From NCBI GenBank assembly GCA_045804265.1, contig JBJMNK010000116.1, positions 1,867-65,866 of the forward strand: a stretch of DNA of 64,000 bases, read 5' to 3'. Shown here piece after piece: positions 46,199 to 56,315 of this stretch. This DNA comes from Gemmatimonadaceae bacterium (lineage in GTDB: Bacteria > Gemmatimonadota > Gemmatimonadetes > Gemmatimonadales > Gemmatimonadaceae). Numbering within the stretch: the stretch's first letter is position 1; each line of letters starts with the position of its first letter. A program made the position numbers and the translations under genes. The notes below the pieces were generated by a model. That model saw only the letters and a program-made list of their open reading frames with translations, was not told where the DNA came from and ran no database searches.

Positions 46199-47614
46199 AT
46201 GAACGCGCCAACCGTTCCCCCCATGGAAGACGCGTCACCGGAAAAACCACAGCTCGTCCGCCGATTCGGGTTGCTCCCGGCGACGGCGCTGAACATGACG
46301 AACATGATCGGCGTCGGGCCGTTCATCACGATCCCGCTGCTGATGTCCGCGTTAGGCGGCCCCCAGGCGATGCTCGGCTGGATCGTCGCGCTGGTGATCG
46401 TGATCTGCGACGGGATGGTGTGGAGCGAGCTCGGTGCGGCGATGCCGGGCTCGGGGGGATCGTTCCACTATCTCCGCGAGGCGTTCGGCCGCGAGCGCCT
46501 CGGGCGGCTGATGGCGTTCCTCTTCGTCTGGCAGTTCGTGCTCAGCGGCCCGCTCGAGATCGCGTCCGGTTACATCGGCTTCGCCGACTACGCGAGCTAC
46601 ATCTGGAAGGGGCTCACGCGGCCGGGGGTGATCGCGCTCATAACGGTGGTCGGCGTGGTGAACATCGCGCTGCTCTACCGGCGCATCCATTCGATCGCGA
46701 AGATCACCGTCTCGCTCTGGATCGGGACGCTGATCACCGTGCTCGCCGTGATCGTCACCGGCGCGATGCACTTCGACCCGCACGTCGCCTTCGACTTTCC
46801 CCCCGGCGCGTTCAGCTTCTCGCTCGGCTTCTTCCTCGGGCTCGGCGCCGCGTCGCGCATCGGGATCTACGACTACCTCGGCTACTACGACGTCTGCTAC
46901 ATCGGTGACGAAGTGCGCGACCCGGGCCGCGTGATTCCGCGCTCGATCCTGATCAGCACCGCGGCGGTCGCCGTGATCTACTTCGGCATCAACCTGTCGG
47001 TCGTCGGAGTAGTACCGTGGCGCGAGTTCGTGCCGGCGGCGGCGCACGCCGAATCGAGCTTCATCGTCTCGATCTTCATGGAGAAGATCTATGGCGGGAC
47101 GGTGGCGACGGTGTTCACGCTGCTCGTCCTCTGGACGGCGTTCGGCTCGGCGTTCGCGTTGCTGCTCGGCTACTCACGAATACCCTACGCGGCGGCGGAG
47201 AGCGGCTACTTCTTCCGGGCCTTCGCGCGGCTCCATCCAACGAAGGAATTTCCCTACATCTCGCTGCTGGTCCTTGGGGTGCTGTCGATCATCGCGGGTT
47301 TCTTCTCGTTGGGCACGGTGATCGATGCGTTGATCGTGACGCGAATACTGGTGCAGTTCATGGGACAGATCGTCGGGCTGATCGTGCTGCGAAAGCGGGC
47401 GCCGACGATGAACCGTCCCTACCGCATGTGGCTCTATCCAGTGCCGGCGCTGGTCGCGCTGCTCGGCTGGATCTTCGTCTTCGCCACGACGCAGGCCGAG
47501 GTCATCCTGTTCGGGGTCGGAGTTCTCGCGTTAGGCGGTGTGGCGTTCATGCTCTGGTCCTGGAACACGAAACGGTGGCCATTCGGCCTCGGGGGGAGGG
47601 AAGTCACTACATGA
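46199..47614 (+). CDS. APC superfamily amino acid permease
   Basis: A protein of about 12 TM segments. LNMTNMIGVGPFITIP and WSELGAAMPGSGGSFHYLREAFG motifs. Confidence 0.85.
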   Translation: MNAPTVPPMEDASPEKPQLVRRFGLLPATALNMTNMIGVGPFITIPLLMSALGGPQAMLGWIVALVIVICDGMVWSELGAAMPGSGGSFHYLREAFGRERLGRLMAFLFVWQFVLSGPLEIASGYIGFADYASYIWKGLTRPGVIALITVVGVVNIALLYRRIHSIAKITVSLWIGTLITVLAVIVTGAMHFDPHVAFDFPPGAFSFSLGFFLGLGAASRIGIYDYLGYYDVCYIGDEVRDPGRVIPRSILISTAAVAVIYFGINLSVVGVVPWREFVPAAAHAESSFIVSIFMEKIYGGTVATVFTLLVLWTAFGSAFALLLGYSRIPYAAAESGYFFRAFARLHPTKEFPYISLLVLGVLSIIAGFFSLGTVIDALIVTRILVQFMGQIVGLIVLRKRAPTMNRPYRMWLYPVPALVALLGWIFVFATTQAEVILFGVGVLALGGVAFMLWSWNTKRWPFGLGGREVTT

Positions 47615-50277
47615 AGCGGATCGCGCAGGGGATCGTCGGTGTAGCGTTCGCAGTCGGATCGGTGGCCGCGGCAGGGGTAGCCGGTGCGCAGCAGCGGCAG
47701 ATGTTGCACGCGGGATGGCGACTCCAGTCGTCGGAGAAGGTGGGGACAGATGGAGCGCGCATCTCGACACGCTCCTACAAGGCAACGGGATGGTACCAGG
47801 CGACGGTCCCGTCGACGGTGGTCGGCACGCTCGTCGACGACAGCGTCTATCGCAACCCGTTCTTCGGGATGAACATGCGGCAGCTCCCGGGGATGGACTA
47901 TCCGATCGGGGCGAGCTTCGTGCACCGGCCGATGGCCGACTCGAGCGCGTTCGCGAAGCCGTGGTGGTATCGCACGACGTTCACCGTGGGCTCCGCACTG
48001 CGCGGACGCCGCCTGACGCTGCACTTCGACGGGATCAACTACCGGGCGAACGTGTGGCTCAATGGAAAGCTGCTCGCCGATTCGTCGGCCATCGCCGGGA
48101 GCTACCGGCACTTCGACCTCGACGTCACCGGCGCGGCCAGCACGACGGCGCCTAACGTCCTGGCGGTCGAGATCTTCGCGCCGACACCGGCCGACCTGCA
48201 GACGACGTGGGTGGACTGGAACCCGTCGCCGCCGGACAAGGACATGGGGATCTGGCAGCCGGCCTGGCTCGCGGCGAGCGGTGACGTCGTCGTCCGCGAT
48301 CCGATGGTGACGAGCCACGTCGACACCGCGTCGCTACGCAGCGCCGACCTGACCGTCGCCGCCGACCTGGTGAACCTGACGGCGCAGCCGGTGACGGGAG
48401 AGCTGCGCGGACACATCGGCGGCGTGAAGTTCAGCAAGCCGATCGCCCTCGCCGCGCACGACAGCGCGTTCGTGCACTTCACCCCCGACAGCTTCCCGCA
48501 GCTCCACTTCGCGAACGCGAAGCTCTGGTGGCCGGTGGAGCTCGGCGGTACCAAGCCGGCGCTCTACGACCTCGACATCGAGTTCGTCCGCAACGGCCGA
48601 GTGTCGGACAGCCGGCACATCCCGTTCGGTATCCGCGAGATCACCTCCGAGACGACGCCCACCGGCGGACGGCTCTTCCGCGTGAACGGCCGACGGATCC
48701 TGATCCGCGGCGGCGGCTGGGCGCCGGACATCTTCTTCCGCCCGCAGCCCGAGCGTCAGGCAGCGCAGCTGCAGTACGCGCTCGACATGCACCTCAACAC
48801 GCTGCGCCTCGAGGGGAACTACGAGAACGATCAGTTCTGGCAGCGCACCGACAGTCTCGGCATCCTCGTGATGACCGGGTGGGTGTGCTGCAGCGCGTGG
48901 GAGGAGTGGCCGAAGTGGGGCGACGAGCAGTTCGCGATCGCCGCCGCATCGTTAGGCGACCAGATCCGGCGAGTGCGCGGACATCCGAGCGCGCTGGTCT
49001 GGCTGAACGGCAGCGACAATCCGCCGCCGGCGAAGGTCGAGCAGATGTATCTCGACATCGAGCAGAAGGAAGGATGGCCGAACCCGACGATCTCGTCGGC
49101 GAGCGCGAAGCCCGCCGAGTTCTCCGGCGCGAGCGGAGTGAAGATGACCGGACCGTACGACTGGGTGCCGCCGTCGTACTGGCTGCAGGACAGCACGCAC
49201 GGCGGCGCCTGGGCATACAACACCGAGACGAGCCCTGGTGCAGCAGTGCCGGTGATCGAGAGCATGCGCCGCATGCTCCCGGCGAGTGACCTGCAGTGGC
49301 CGCTCGACAGCGTCTGGCTCTTTCACGCCGCGGGCGGGCAGTTCACGCACCTCCTCGACAAGTACAACACCGCGCTCTCCACGCGTTATGGTGAGCCGAA
49401 GAGCGTCGAGGACTACACCGAGACGTCGCAGCTGATGACGTACGAAGGCGAGCGGGCGATGTTCGAGGCCTACCGCCGCAACGAGTTCCGCGCGACCGGC
49501 GTGATCCAGTGGATGTTCAACAACGCCTGGCCGTCGATCTACTGGCACCTCTTCGACTGGTACCTGCAGCCGGCCGGTGGCTACTTCGGCACGAAGAAGG
49601 CGAACGAGCCGGTGCACGTGCTCTACTCGTACGACGACCGCTCGGTCGCGGTGGTGCAGAGCGGCCCGTCGCGCGCGCCGATCAAGGGCGCGCGGCTGCA
49701 GGCGCGGATCGTCGGGCTCGACGGCACGATCCAGCTCGCGCGCGATACGGTGATCGACATCGCGCCGGACACCAGCGCGCGCGTGCTCCATCTCCCCGAG
49801 CCGACCGACACGAGCGTGGTCTCGTACTTCGTCGACCTGCGACTGAGCGACGCGAAGGGCCGACCACTGAGCACGAACTTCTACTGGCTGTCGAAGCACC
49901 CCGACGTGCTGTCCGACAGCTCGACGTGGTACATGACGCCGGTAAAGCAGTACGCGGACTACACCGCACTGCGGACGATGCCGCGCGGAACGTTAGGCGC
50001 GAAGGCGACGTTCAGCGGTGGTGAGAAGGCGGGCGAGCAGCTGGCGCGCGTGACGCTGACCAACCCGGGGAAGACGCTCGCCTTCTTCGTCCGGCTGCAG
50101 GTGACGGGACGCAAGGGCGAGGAAGCGCTGCCGGTGCGCTGGTCGGACAACTACGTGACACTGCTGCCGGGGGAGAAGCGCGTTGTGACGGCGCGGTACG
50201 CGACGGCGGATCTGCACGACGGCGCGCCGAAGGTGGTGGTGAGCGGGTGGAATGTTGGAAGGAGCGTGGCGCGGTAG
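47611..50277 (+). CDS. Glycoside hydrolase family 2 protein (beta-mannosidase/exo-glucosaminidase-like), secreted
   Basis: ATGA overlap with the permease stop. Signal peptide MKRIAQGIVGVAFAVGSVAAAGVAGA. GH2 sugar-binding region LHFDGINYRANVWLNGKLL. TIM-barrel region NTLRLEGNYE...VWLNGSDN. The 198-codon upstream extension of the track ORF was rejected. Confidence 0.85.
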   Translation: MKRIAQGIVGVAFAVGSVAAAGVAGAQQRQMLHAGWRLQSSEKVGTDGARISTRSYKATGWYQATVPSTVVGTLVDDSVYRNPFFGMNMRQLPGMDYPIGASFVHRPMADSSAFAKPWWYRTTFTVGSALRGRRLTLHFDGINYRANVWLNGKLLADSSAIAGSYRHFDLDVTGAASTTAPNVLAVEIFAPTPADLQTTWVDWNPSPPDKDMGIWQPAWLAASGDVVVRDPMVTSHVDTASLRSADLTVAADLVNLTAQPVTGELRGHIGGVKFSKPIALAAHDSAFVHFTPDSFPQLHFANAKLWWPVELGGTKPALYDLDIEFVRNGRVSDSRHIPFGIREITSETTPTGGRLFRVNGRRILIRGGGWAPDIFFRPQPERQAAQLQYALDMHLNTLRLEGNYENDQFWQRTDSLGILVMTGWVCCSAWEEWPKWGDEQFAIAAASLGDQIRRVRGHPSALVWLNGSDNPPPAKVEQMYLDIEQKEGWPNPTISSASAKPAEFSGASGVKMTGPYDWVPPSYWLQDSTHGGAWAYNTETSPGAAVPVIESMRRMLPASDLQWPLDSVWLFHAAGGQFTHLLDKYNTALSTRYGEPKSVEDYTETSQLMTYEGERAMFEAYRRNEFRATGVIQWMFNNAWPSIYWHLFDWYLQPAGGYFGTKKANEPVHVLYSYDDRSVAVVQSGPSRAPIKGARLQARIVGLDGTIQLARDTVIDIAPDTSARVLHLPEPTDTSVVSYFVDLRLSDAKGRPLSTNFYWLSKHPDVLSDSSTWYMTPVKQYADYTALRTMPRGTLGAKATFSGGEKAGEQLARVTLTNPGKTLAFFVRLQVTGRKGEEALPVRWSDNYVTLLPGEKRVVTARYATADLHDGAPKVVVSGWNVGRSVAR

Positions 50278-50320
50278 CGAAAGACTGGCGGTCACTGCTC
50301 TCGGGGGCGAGCAGCGACTG

Positions 50321-50670
50321 TTGCTGCTTGGTTCGTTCGAGCCGTTGGCGTTCTGGTATGTCGGCCTTGGTCCTCAGCATTCGACCGGCGTACAGTCTGC
50401 GGGGGAGGCACCGAGGCACCGAGGGCACCGAGGACTGCACGCCAGACCAGTATCGTTGCGCTACTGCCAAACGACTTGGGGCAAGCAGGTGAGATGGTCT
50501 CGCCCCGCTTGCCCCCAAGCTGTTCGGGGCTGGCGCGAACGGCTCAGCCCCTGCGGGGCTGTCCTCGGTGTCTCGGTGTCTTGCAAGAATAGACTGTCAC
50601 GCAGATGGGATGCTGAGGACAACGGCCGACATACGACGACGCCAGCGGCTCGAACGAATCGATCAGCAAA
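50321..50670. repeat. About 350-bp element with ~110-bp imperfect terminal inverted repeats ending in tandem GGCACCGAG 9-mers
   Basis: The left arm is TTCGTTCGAGCCGTTGGCG...GTATGTCGGCC...TCCTCAGCAT...GGCACCGAGGCACCGAGGGCACCGAGG. It pairs with the right arm CCTCGGTGTCTCGGTGTC...ATGCTGAGGA...GGCCGACATAC...CGGCTCGAACGAA. A central hairpin CTTGGGGCAAGC...GCTTGCCCCCAAG lies at 50475-50519. Confidence 0.65.
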
Positions 50671-50732
50671 AGCCTGAACCCCAGTGCACCCTCGAGCATG
50701 ATCGCTGAGCTTCCGGCTCTTATATTTCGCGT

Positions 50733-51131
50733 ATGCTCAATCCTGCGCCCACCCCGTACGACCAGATCGGCGGCGATGCCGCCGTCAGGCAGCTCGTCGA
50801 CCGCTTCTATGACCTGATGGACTCGGCGCCAGAGGCGAAGCATGTGCGTGCGCTCCATGCCGCGAGCCTCAAGGCGTCGCGCGAGAAGCTGTACATGTTC
50901 CTCACCGGGTGGCTCGGTGGTCCGCAGCTGTACGTCGAGAAGCACGGACACCCGCGGCTCCGGCAGCGGCACTTTCCGTTCGCGATCTCGAGCCGGGAGC
51001 GCGACGAGTGGCTCTGGTGCATGGACCGGGCGATGGACGAGCAGCCGATGCCGGCCGAGCTGCACGCGATGCTGAAGCAGAAGCTCCACGCGCTCGCCGA
51101 TCACATGCGGAACCAGCCCGACTCAGCGTGA
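50733..51131 (+). CDS. glbO: Group II truncated haemoglobin
   Basis: PYDQIGGDAAVRQLVDRFYDLM...LTGWLGGPQLY...GHPRLRQRHFPF is typical of trHbO. TATATT lies 6 nt upstream of the ATG, so the transcript may be leaderless. Confidence 0.85.
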   Translation: MLNPAPTPYDQIGGDAAVRQLVDRFYDLMDSAPEAKHVRALHAASLKASREKLYMFLTGWLGGPQLYVEKHGHPRLRQRHFPFAISSRERDEWLWCMDRAMDEQPMPAELHAMLKQKLHALADHMRNQPDSA

Positions 51132-51797
51132 GCGCGCGACCCTCGACGTCGTGTCGGTGACCAGCTTCGCGGTGACGATGTAGTCGAGGTGCGGGAACAT
51201 CCGCAGCAGGTAGTTGTTGCCTAACGTCGAGATGAGCTGCTGCTTCGGCGTGTCGCCGTACTCGTCGTCGAGCGAGTCGACGACCTCCATCCCCGAGACG
51301 ACCCGACCGAAGGGGACGAAGCCCTGCGTGTCGAGCTTCGGGTTGTCCTTGAGGTTGATGAAGAGCTGGTGCGAGCGCGTGTTCGGGCCGCTGGTGGTGA
51401 ACACGAGCGTCCCGCGGGCGTTGCTCTGCGTTCGCGGGTCATCGGGGAGCGGACGCTTGTCCCACTCCTCGTTGACCTTTTTCTCGTTGTTGATCCCGAA
51501 CTGCGCAATGTAGCCCGGGAGGACGCGGAAGAAGCGGTTGTCGTCGAAGAAACCGGTCGTCGCCAGCGCGTAGAAGCGATCGACGCCGTTAGGCGCCCAG
51601 CCGCGGTTGGCCTGGACGACGAAGCTGCCCTTGCTGGTGGTGAAGGCGACACGGAAGGAATCCGGGGCCGGGCCGGTGGGAACCGCCGCCGGCCTGGACT
51701 TCTCGCCGCAGGCAGCGAGAAGCGTGGCGACGCCGAGCACCACGACCCATGCAACCCTCCGCGCCCTCCGTGGCTCCTGTCGAGACATCGTCATTCT
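51123..51797 (-). CDS. Peptidylprolyl isomerase, cyclophilin type, lipoprotein
   Basis: Lipobox VVLGVATLLAAC. Cyclophilin core FFDDNRFFRVLPGYIAQFG...RGTLVFTTSGPNTRSHQLFINL. Confidence 0.85.
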   Translation of the reverse strand, partial: RMTMSRQEPRRARRVAWVVVLGVATLLAACGEKSRPAAVPTGPAPDSFRVAFTTSKGSFVVQANRGWAPNGVDRFYALATTGFFDDNRFFRVLPGYIAQFGINNEKKVNEEWDKRPLPDDPRTQSNARGTLVFTTSGPNTRSHQLFINLKDNPKLDTQGFVPFGRVVSGMEVVDSLDDEYGDTPKQQLISTLGNNYLLRMFPHLDYIVTAKLVTDTTSRVARSR

Positions 51798-51838
51798 CTC
51801 CCGCCGTGAACGCGCGCTGAGACAGAGTGCCGCCGCGC

Positions 51839-52531
51839 TCACCGCGCGCCTCCCGTACCTGACACGGCGCCGTCGACGACCGCGATCGTCAGCCCATCCC
51901 ATCCCTTGCTCCCCACCGTCTGGATCGTCGTCGCCGTCACACGGGGATTGCTCCGCAGCATCTCGTTCAGCTTCCGCACCCCGCGCACGCTCGGGTCGGT
52001 GCTCGATGCATCCACGATCGCGCCGTCGCGGATGACGTTGTCGACGACGATCACCGCGCCGGGCGTCGCCAGCTTCATCGCCCAGTCGAAGTAGGACGGG
52101 ATGTTCGGCTTGTCGGCGTCGATGAAGATGAAATCGAATGGACCCTCCTGCTCCGAGCGGAGGCGGGGCAGCGTCTCGAGCGCGGCGCCGAGCCTGACGT
52201 CCACCACTCTATCGAGCCCGGCGCGGGCAATGTTGGCGCGGGCGACCGTCGCGTGCTTCTCGTCGGCCTCGAGCGTGACCAGCCGCCCGCCAGCCGGGAG
52301 CGCCCGCGCGAGCCAGATGGTGCTGTAGCCGCCTAACGTTCCGATCTCGAGGATCTTCCGCGCCCCGCGCAGGCGGGCGAGCATCGCCAGCAGCTTCCCC
52401 TGGTTCGGGGCGACGGCGATCTGCGGCAGGCCGGCTGCCGCGCTCGCCTCGAGCGCCGCGTCGAGCGTGTCGTCAGGGTCGACGAGCGCCTCGGTGATGT
52501 AGCGATCGACTTCGGTCCACTGCTCTTCCAT
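51839..52531 (-). CDS. Class I SAM-dependent O-methyltransferase (caffeoyl-CoA OMT family)
   Basis: ILEIGTLGGYSTIWLA...FDFIFIDADKPN...GAVIVVDNV motifs. Confidence 0.85.
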   Translation of the reverse strand: MEEQWTEVDRYITEALVDPDDTLDAALEASAAAGLPQIAVAPNQGKLLAMLARLRGARKILEIGTLGGYSTIWLARALPAGGRLVTLEADEKHATVARANIARAGLDRVVDVRLGAALETLPRLRSEQEGPFDFIFIDADKPNIPSYFDWAMKLATPGAVIVVDNVIRDGAIVDASSTDPSVRGVRKLNEMLRSNPRVTATTIQTVGSKGWDGLTIAVVDGAVSGTGGAR

Positions 52532-52734
52532 GTCGACACCCCGTACGCGCTCCGCGAACGCACGCCATCCAGCTCTCTCGCCCCGTCCGCAATCTGCTCG
52601 CGTCGCTCGGCACCCGGTAGCCGCGGCGAAGGAGCCGTCGCGCCCGGCAGGGTCGACGACGATGCAGCGCGGCGGAACGCCTTTCGCATTTCTCCGCACC
52701 CCATCACCAACCGCGACCCACGACGGAGAAGCTT

Positions 52735-53088
52735 ATGCGCAAACCAATCAGCCCTCGGATTCACGGAGTCATCGACTACAGCACCTCGGCGATGGTCGCC
52801 GCCGCACCGGCGGTGTTCGACTTCCCCAAGCCGGCGGCCCGGCTGTTCGAGGGACTCGCGGCCGGGTACACGGGACTCTCGTCGGTGACCGACTATCCGC
52901 TGGCCGTGAAGCGGAAGGTCCCGTTCAAGGCACACGGTGCGACCGAGCTCGCGATCGCGGCGGTGCTCCCGGTGCTGCCATGGGCACTCGGCTTCGCCGA
53001 CAACAAGGCGGCGCGCAATCTCTGCTTCGCGCTGACCGGGGTGACGCTCCTCGTCGCCGCACTGACGGACTGGGACTCGGACCAGTAG
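52735..53088 (+). CDS. Hypothetical small membrane protein
   Basis: 117 aa with 3-4 hydrophobic segments. GGAGAAG lies upstream of the ATG. Confidence 0.5.
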   Translation: MRKPISPRIHGVIDYSTSAMVAAAPAVFDFPKPAARLFEGLAAGYTGLSSVTDYPLAVKRKVPFKAHGATELAIAAVLPVLPWALGFADNKAARNLCFALTGVTLLVAALTDWDSDQ

Positions 53089-53153
53089 CCGCGCCGGCGA
53101 GACCGGCGAGAGCTCAGGGGGATCAGCCAGGGGCGGGCCAAAAACTCGCCCTT

Positions 53154-53184
53154 GCTGATTTTTCAACAGTGTTGAATATTCAGC
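53154..53184. promoter_or_regulatory. AT-rich 31-bp palindrome (operator- or terminator-like)
   Basis: GCTGATTTTTCAACA-G-TGTTGAATATTCAGC. The stretch is unusually AT-rich for this DNA. It lies between the gene ending at 53088 and the gene starting at 53286. Confidence 0.35.
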
Positions 53185-53285
53185 ACTAACGGTGCGCGGC
53201 AGGGACTCCTGTTGACCGGCGCGGGCCAAGTGTCAACGCCGCGTCAACCCTTCGACCGCACCGCCTGTCAAACACCGTCGGCCCG

Positions 53286-56003
53286 ATGCCGGGCACACTG
53301 GCCCCGATCACCAGCCCCCCTCGCATGCGCTCTCCATTCCTTTTCGTCCTCGCCTTCGGCACGTTCTCCGTCCCGGCCTGGGCGCAGCAGGGCACCAAGG
53401 CGCCTAACGTCACGACACCGCCGCGGACGATGAGCGCCGTTCGGCGGAACGGGCCGATCGTCCTCGACGGAAAGCTCGACGAGGCCGCGTGGGCGGCGGC
53501 GACGCCGAGCGGGGATTTCCTGCAGAGCTATCCCGCACCGGGGAAGCCGGCACCCGATCGCACCGAGGTTCGCGTCCTCTACGACGACGCGGCGCTGTAC
53601 GTCGGGATCCGGATGTTCGATGCGCACCCCGATTCGATCGCCGCCGGCCTCGCGCGGCGCGACGCGACCGCGGCGACCGGGATCTACTCCGACTGGGTGC
53701 ACCTGATCATCGACTCGTATCACGACCGCCGCACCGCGTTCCGTTTCTCGACCACGCCGCGCGCCGTGCAGAAGGACGTCTACACCTCGAACGACGGGAA
53801 CGAGGACATCAACTGGGACGCGATCTGGGAGGTCGGCACGCGCGTCGACTCGGCCGGATGGGTCGCCGAATACCGGATCCCACTCAGCCAGCTCCGCTTC
53901 GGCGACGAGCAGGGCGAGAGCCGAACGTGGGGATTCCAGGTCCAGCGCGACATCGCCCGCCGCAACGAGCGCGACACGTGGGCCCCGTGGACGCCTAACG
54001 ACGGCGGCTTCGTCTCGCGGTTCGGCGACCTGGTCGGGATCAGCGGCATCCGCGCGCCGGAGCGGCTCGAGGTCATCCCCTACGTCAGCTCGACGTTCAC
54101 CCGCGCGCCGGGCGACCCGGCCGATCCCTTCTTCCATGCGACGAACAGCCAGCCCAAGGTCGGCGGCGACCTCCGCTACGGCCTGCCGTTAGGCCTGACG
54201 CTGAGCGCGACGATCAACCCCGACTTCGGCCAGGTCGAGGTCGACCCGGCGGTGGTCAACCTGTCGGCGTTCGAGATCTCCTTCCCGGAGAAGCGGCCGT
54301 TCTTCCTCGAGGGGAGCGACGTCTTCAGCTTCGGCCAGGTCGTCAGGCAGAACGACTACGGCGGCCAGAGCTTCCTCTACTCGCGCCGGGTGGGGCGGCA
54401 GCCGCAGCTCGGCATCCCCGACAGCGCCCAGTTCGCCGACTTCCCGACCCAGACCACCATCGCCGGCGCGGCCAAGGTCACGGGCAAGAACGGACCGTGG
54501 ACGGTCGGCATCCTCGACGCCGTGACCACCGAGCAGCAGGCACAGCTCCTCTCGGAGAACGGCACGCGCTTCGAGCGGGCGGTCGAGCCGCTGACCAACT
54601 ACTTCGCCGGGCGGCTGCGCCGCGACTTCCGCGCCGGGGCGACCACGGTCGGCGCGATGATCGAGAACACCAACCGCGCGTTAGGCGACACGGTCTTCAC
54701 CCCGCGGCTGCGCGCGAACGCGACCTTCGGCGGGATCGACTTCGAGCACAACATGAAGAAGCGGGCATGGGCGCTGAGCGGGTTCGCCGCCGCGAGCACC
54801 GTCCGCGGCAGCGCCGACGCGATCGCGGCGACGCAGCGCAACAGCACGCACAACTTCGCCCGCCCCGACGCACCATACCTCAGCTACGACCCGACGCGGA
54901 CCTCGCTCGACGGCTACATCAGCGAGCTGGCACTGGCCAAGCGCGGCGACGTGTTCGGCTCGATCGCGGTGAAGACGACCAGCCCCGGGCTCGAGCTCAA
55001 CGACCTCGGCTTCCAGAGTCGCACCGGGTACAAGGCAGTCTCGACGCTGATCGGGAAGTCGAGCTACACCGCAACGAAGCACCTGCAGAGCTGGACCACG
55101 TTCGTCTACCAGAACGACGCGTGGAACTACGGCGACCGTCCGATCTTCCACGGCTACGCCGGGCAGGCCAGCGCCACACTGAGAAACTTCTGGGGGGGTG
55201 ACGTCGGTGTCACCTACGCACCGAAGTTCTACGACGACAACCTCCTCCGAGGCGGCCCCGAGGCGGCGCAGCCGACGAGCACCTACGCGAACGTCAACGT
55301 CAACAGCGATTCGCGAAAGCCGGTCGTGATGAACCTCGGGCTCGCGTACGCGCACGATGTGCTCTCCGGTTATTCCAAAGGGGCGAACCTCTCGCTCGAC
55401 CTGCGGCCGACGTCGAACATCCATGTCAACCTCGGGCCCAGCTTCAGCCAGCTCTATGACACCGAGCAGTATCGCGCCTCAGTGAGCGACCCGCTGGCGA
55501 CCAACACCTTCGGCCGCCGTTATGTCCTCGCGGCGCTGCGGCAGAACACCCTCTCGCTCGACACACGGATGGACGTGACGTTCACGCCGCGCCTGAGCTT
55601 CGTCATGTACGCGCAGCCGTTCGTCTCCGCGGGACGCTACAACTCGTTCAAGGAGTTCCTCACCCCCGGGCAGACCGCGTTCAAGGTCTACGACCCGGCG
55701 AAGGGCGAGATCTCCTACAACGCGACGACGCAGCGCTACACGATCGATCCCGACGGCACCGCCGGCCCGGCGCCGAGCTTCACCATCGGCCAGCCGAACT
55801 TCAACATCCGCTCGCTGCGAGGCAACGCCGTGCTGCGCTGGGACTATCGTCCCGGCTCGGCGTTCTACGTCGTCTGGCAGCAGGAGCGCAGCGGCTTCCT
55901 GCCGTTAGGCCAGTTCGAGACCCGCCGCGACGTCGGCGCGATCTTCCGCACCGTGCCGACGAACGTGTTCCTGATCAAGGCGACGTACTGGATCGGCCGC
56001 TGA
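53286..56003 (+). CDS. DUF5916/CBM9-like domain outer-membrane protein (start 53286 or 53325)
   Basis: Signal peptide MRSPFLFVLAFGTFSVPAWA. LDGKLDEAAWAAA...VLYDDAALYVGIRMFD...DWVHLIIDSYHDRRTAFRFSTTPR. It is a paralogue of 30495..32945. Confidence 0.8.
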   Translation: MPGTLAPITSPPRMRSPFLFVLAFGTFSVPAWAQQGTKAPNVTTPPRTMSAVRRNGPIVLDGKLDEAAWAAATPSGDFLQSYPAPGKPAPDRTEVRVLYDDAALYVGIRMFDAHPDSIAAGLARRDATAATGIYSDWVHLIIDSYHDRRTAFRFSTTPRAVQKDVYTSNDGNEDINWDAIWEVGTRVDSAGWVAEYRIPLSQLRFGDEQGESRTWGFQVQRDIARRNERDTWAPWTPNDGGFVSRFGDLVGISGIRAPERLEVIPYVSSTFTRAPGDPADPFFHATNSQPKVGGDLRYGLPLGLTLSATINPDFGQVEVDPAVVNLSAFEISFPEKRPFFLEGSDVFSFGQVVRQNDYGGQSFLYSRRVGRQPQLGIPDSAQFADFPTQTTIAGAAKVTGKNGPWTVGILDAVTTEQQAQLLSENGTRFERAVEPLTNYFAGRLRRDFRAGATTVGAMIENTNRALGDTVFTPRLRANATFGGIDFEHNMKKRAWALSGFAAASTVRGSADAIAATQRNSTHNFARPDAPYLSYDPTRTSLDGYISELALAKRGDVFGSIAVKTTSPGLELNDLGFQSRTGYKAVSTLIGKSSYTATKHLQSWTTFVYQNDAWNYGDRPIFHGYAGQASATLRNFWGGDVGVTYAPKFYDDNLLRGGPEAAQPTSTYANVNVNSDSRKPVVMNLGLAYAHDVLSGYSKGANLSLDLRPTSNIHVNLGPSFSQLYDTEQYRASVSDPLATNTFGRRYVLAALRQNTLSLDTRMDVTFTPRLSFVMYAQPFVSAGRYNSFKEFLTPGQTAFKVYDPAKGEISYNATTQRYTIDPDGTAGPAPSFTIGQPNFNIRSLRGNAVLRWDYRPGSAFYVVWQQERSGFLPLGQFETRRDVGAIFRTVPTNVFLIKATYWIGR

Positions 56004-56035
56004 CCGCAGTACCGTTGCGCGTGTCCGCCGTCGTA

Positions 56036-56250
56036 CTGCAGGAGGGCGGGGCCTATGAAACGGCGGAGTGGGGAGCAAGGAATTCCCGGAGAGCGAACCG
56101 GCGCGGGCAAGGGGCGAGAAAACGCGTTGGTGTCGCTCCGCGTTCAGATTGCGCTTTGGAAGTTTCTTCTCCCCGGGCCCCGCGCCTTGTCGCCTTTCGG
56201 GCTATCTCCCGATCCACGGGCTCCGCTGTTTGGTAGGGCCCGCACCCCTG
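56036..56250. repeat. Family B MITE-like element (degenerate copy)
   Basis: The right arm is CCCCGCGCCTTGTCGCCTTTCGGGCTATCTCCCGATCCACGGGCTCCGCTGTTTGGTAGGGCCC. It aligns with 24188-24250. The left arm is a degenerate inverted copy. Confidence 0.6.
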
Positions 56251-56315
56251 TTGTTTCGCGCACCGCTCACCAGATGCACGGAACAACGGTTGACCTGCGT
56301 GACAGGGGACTGGCG

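Noticed and set aside
47017-47610. 198-codon N-terminal extension of the GH2 ORF
   Set aside because: It overlaps the C-terminal third of the APC permease in another frame. A good signal peptide starts at the ATG at 47611, which overlaps the permease stop.
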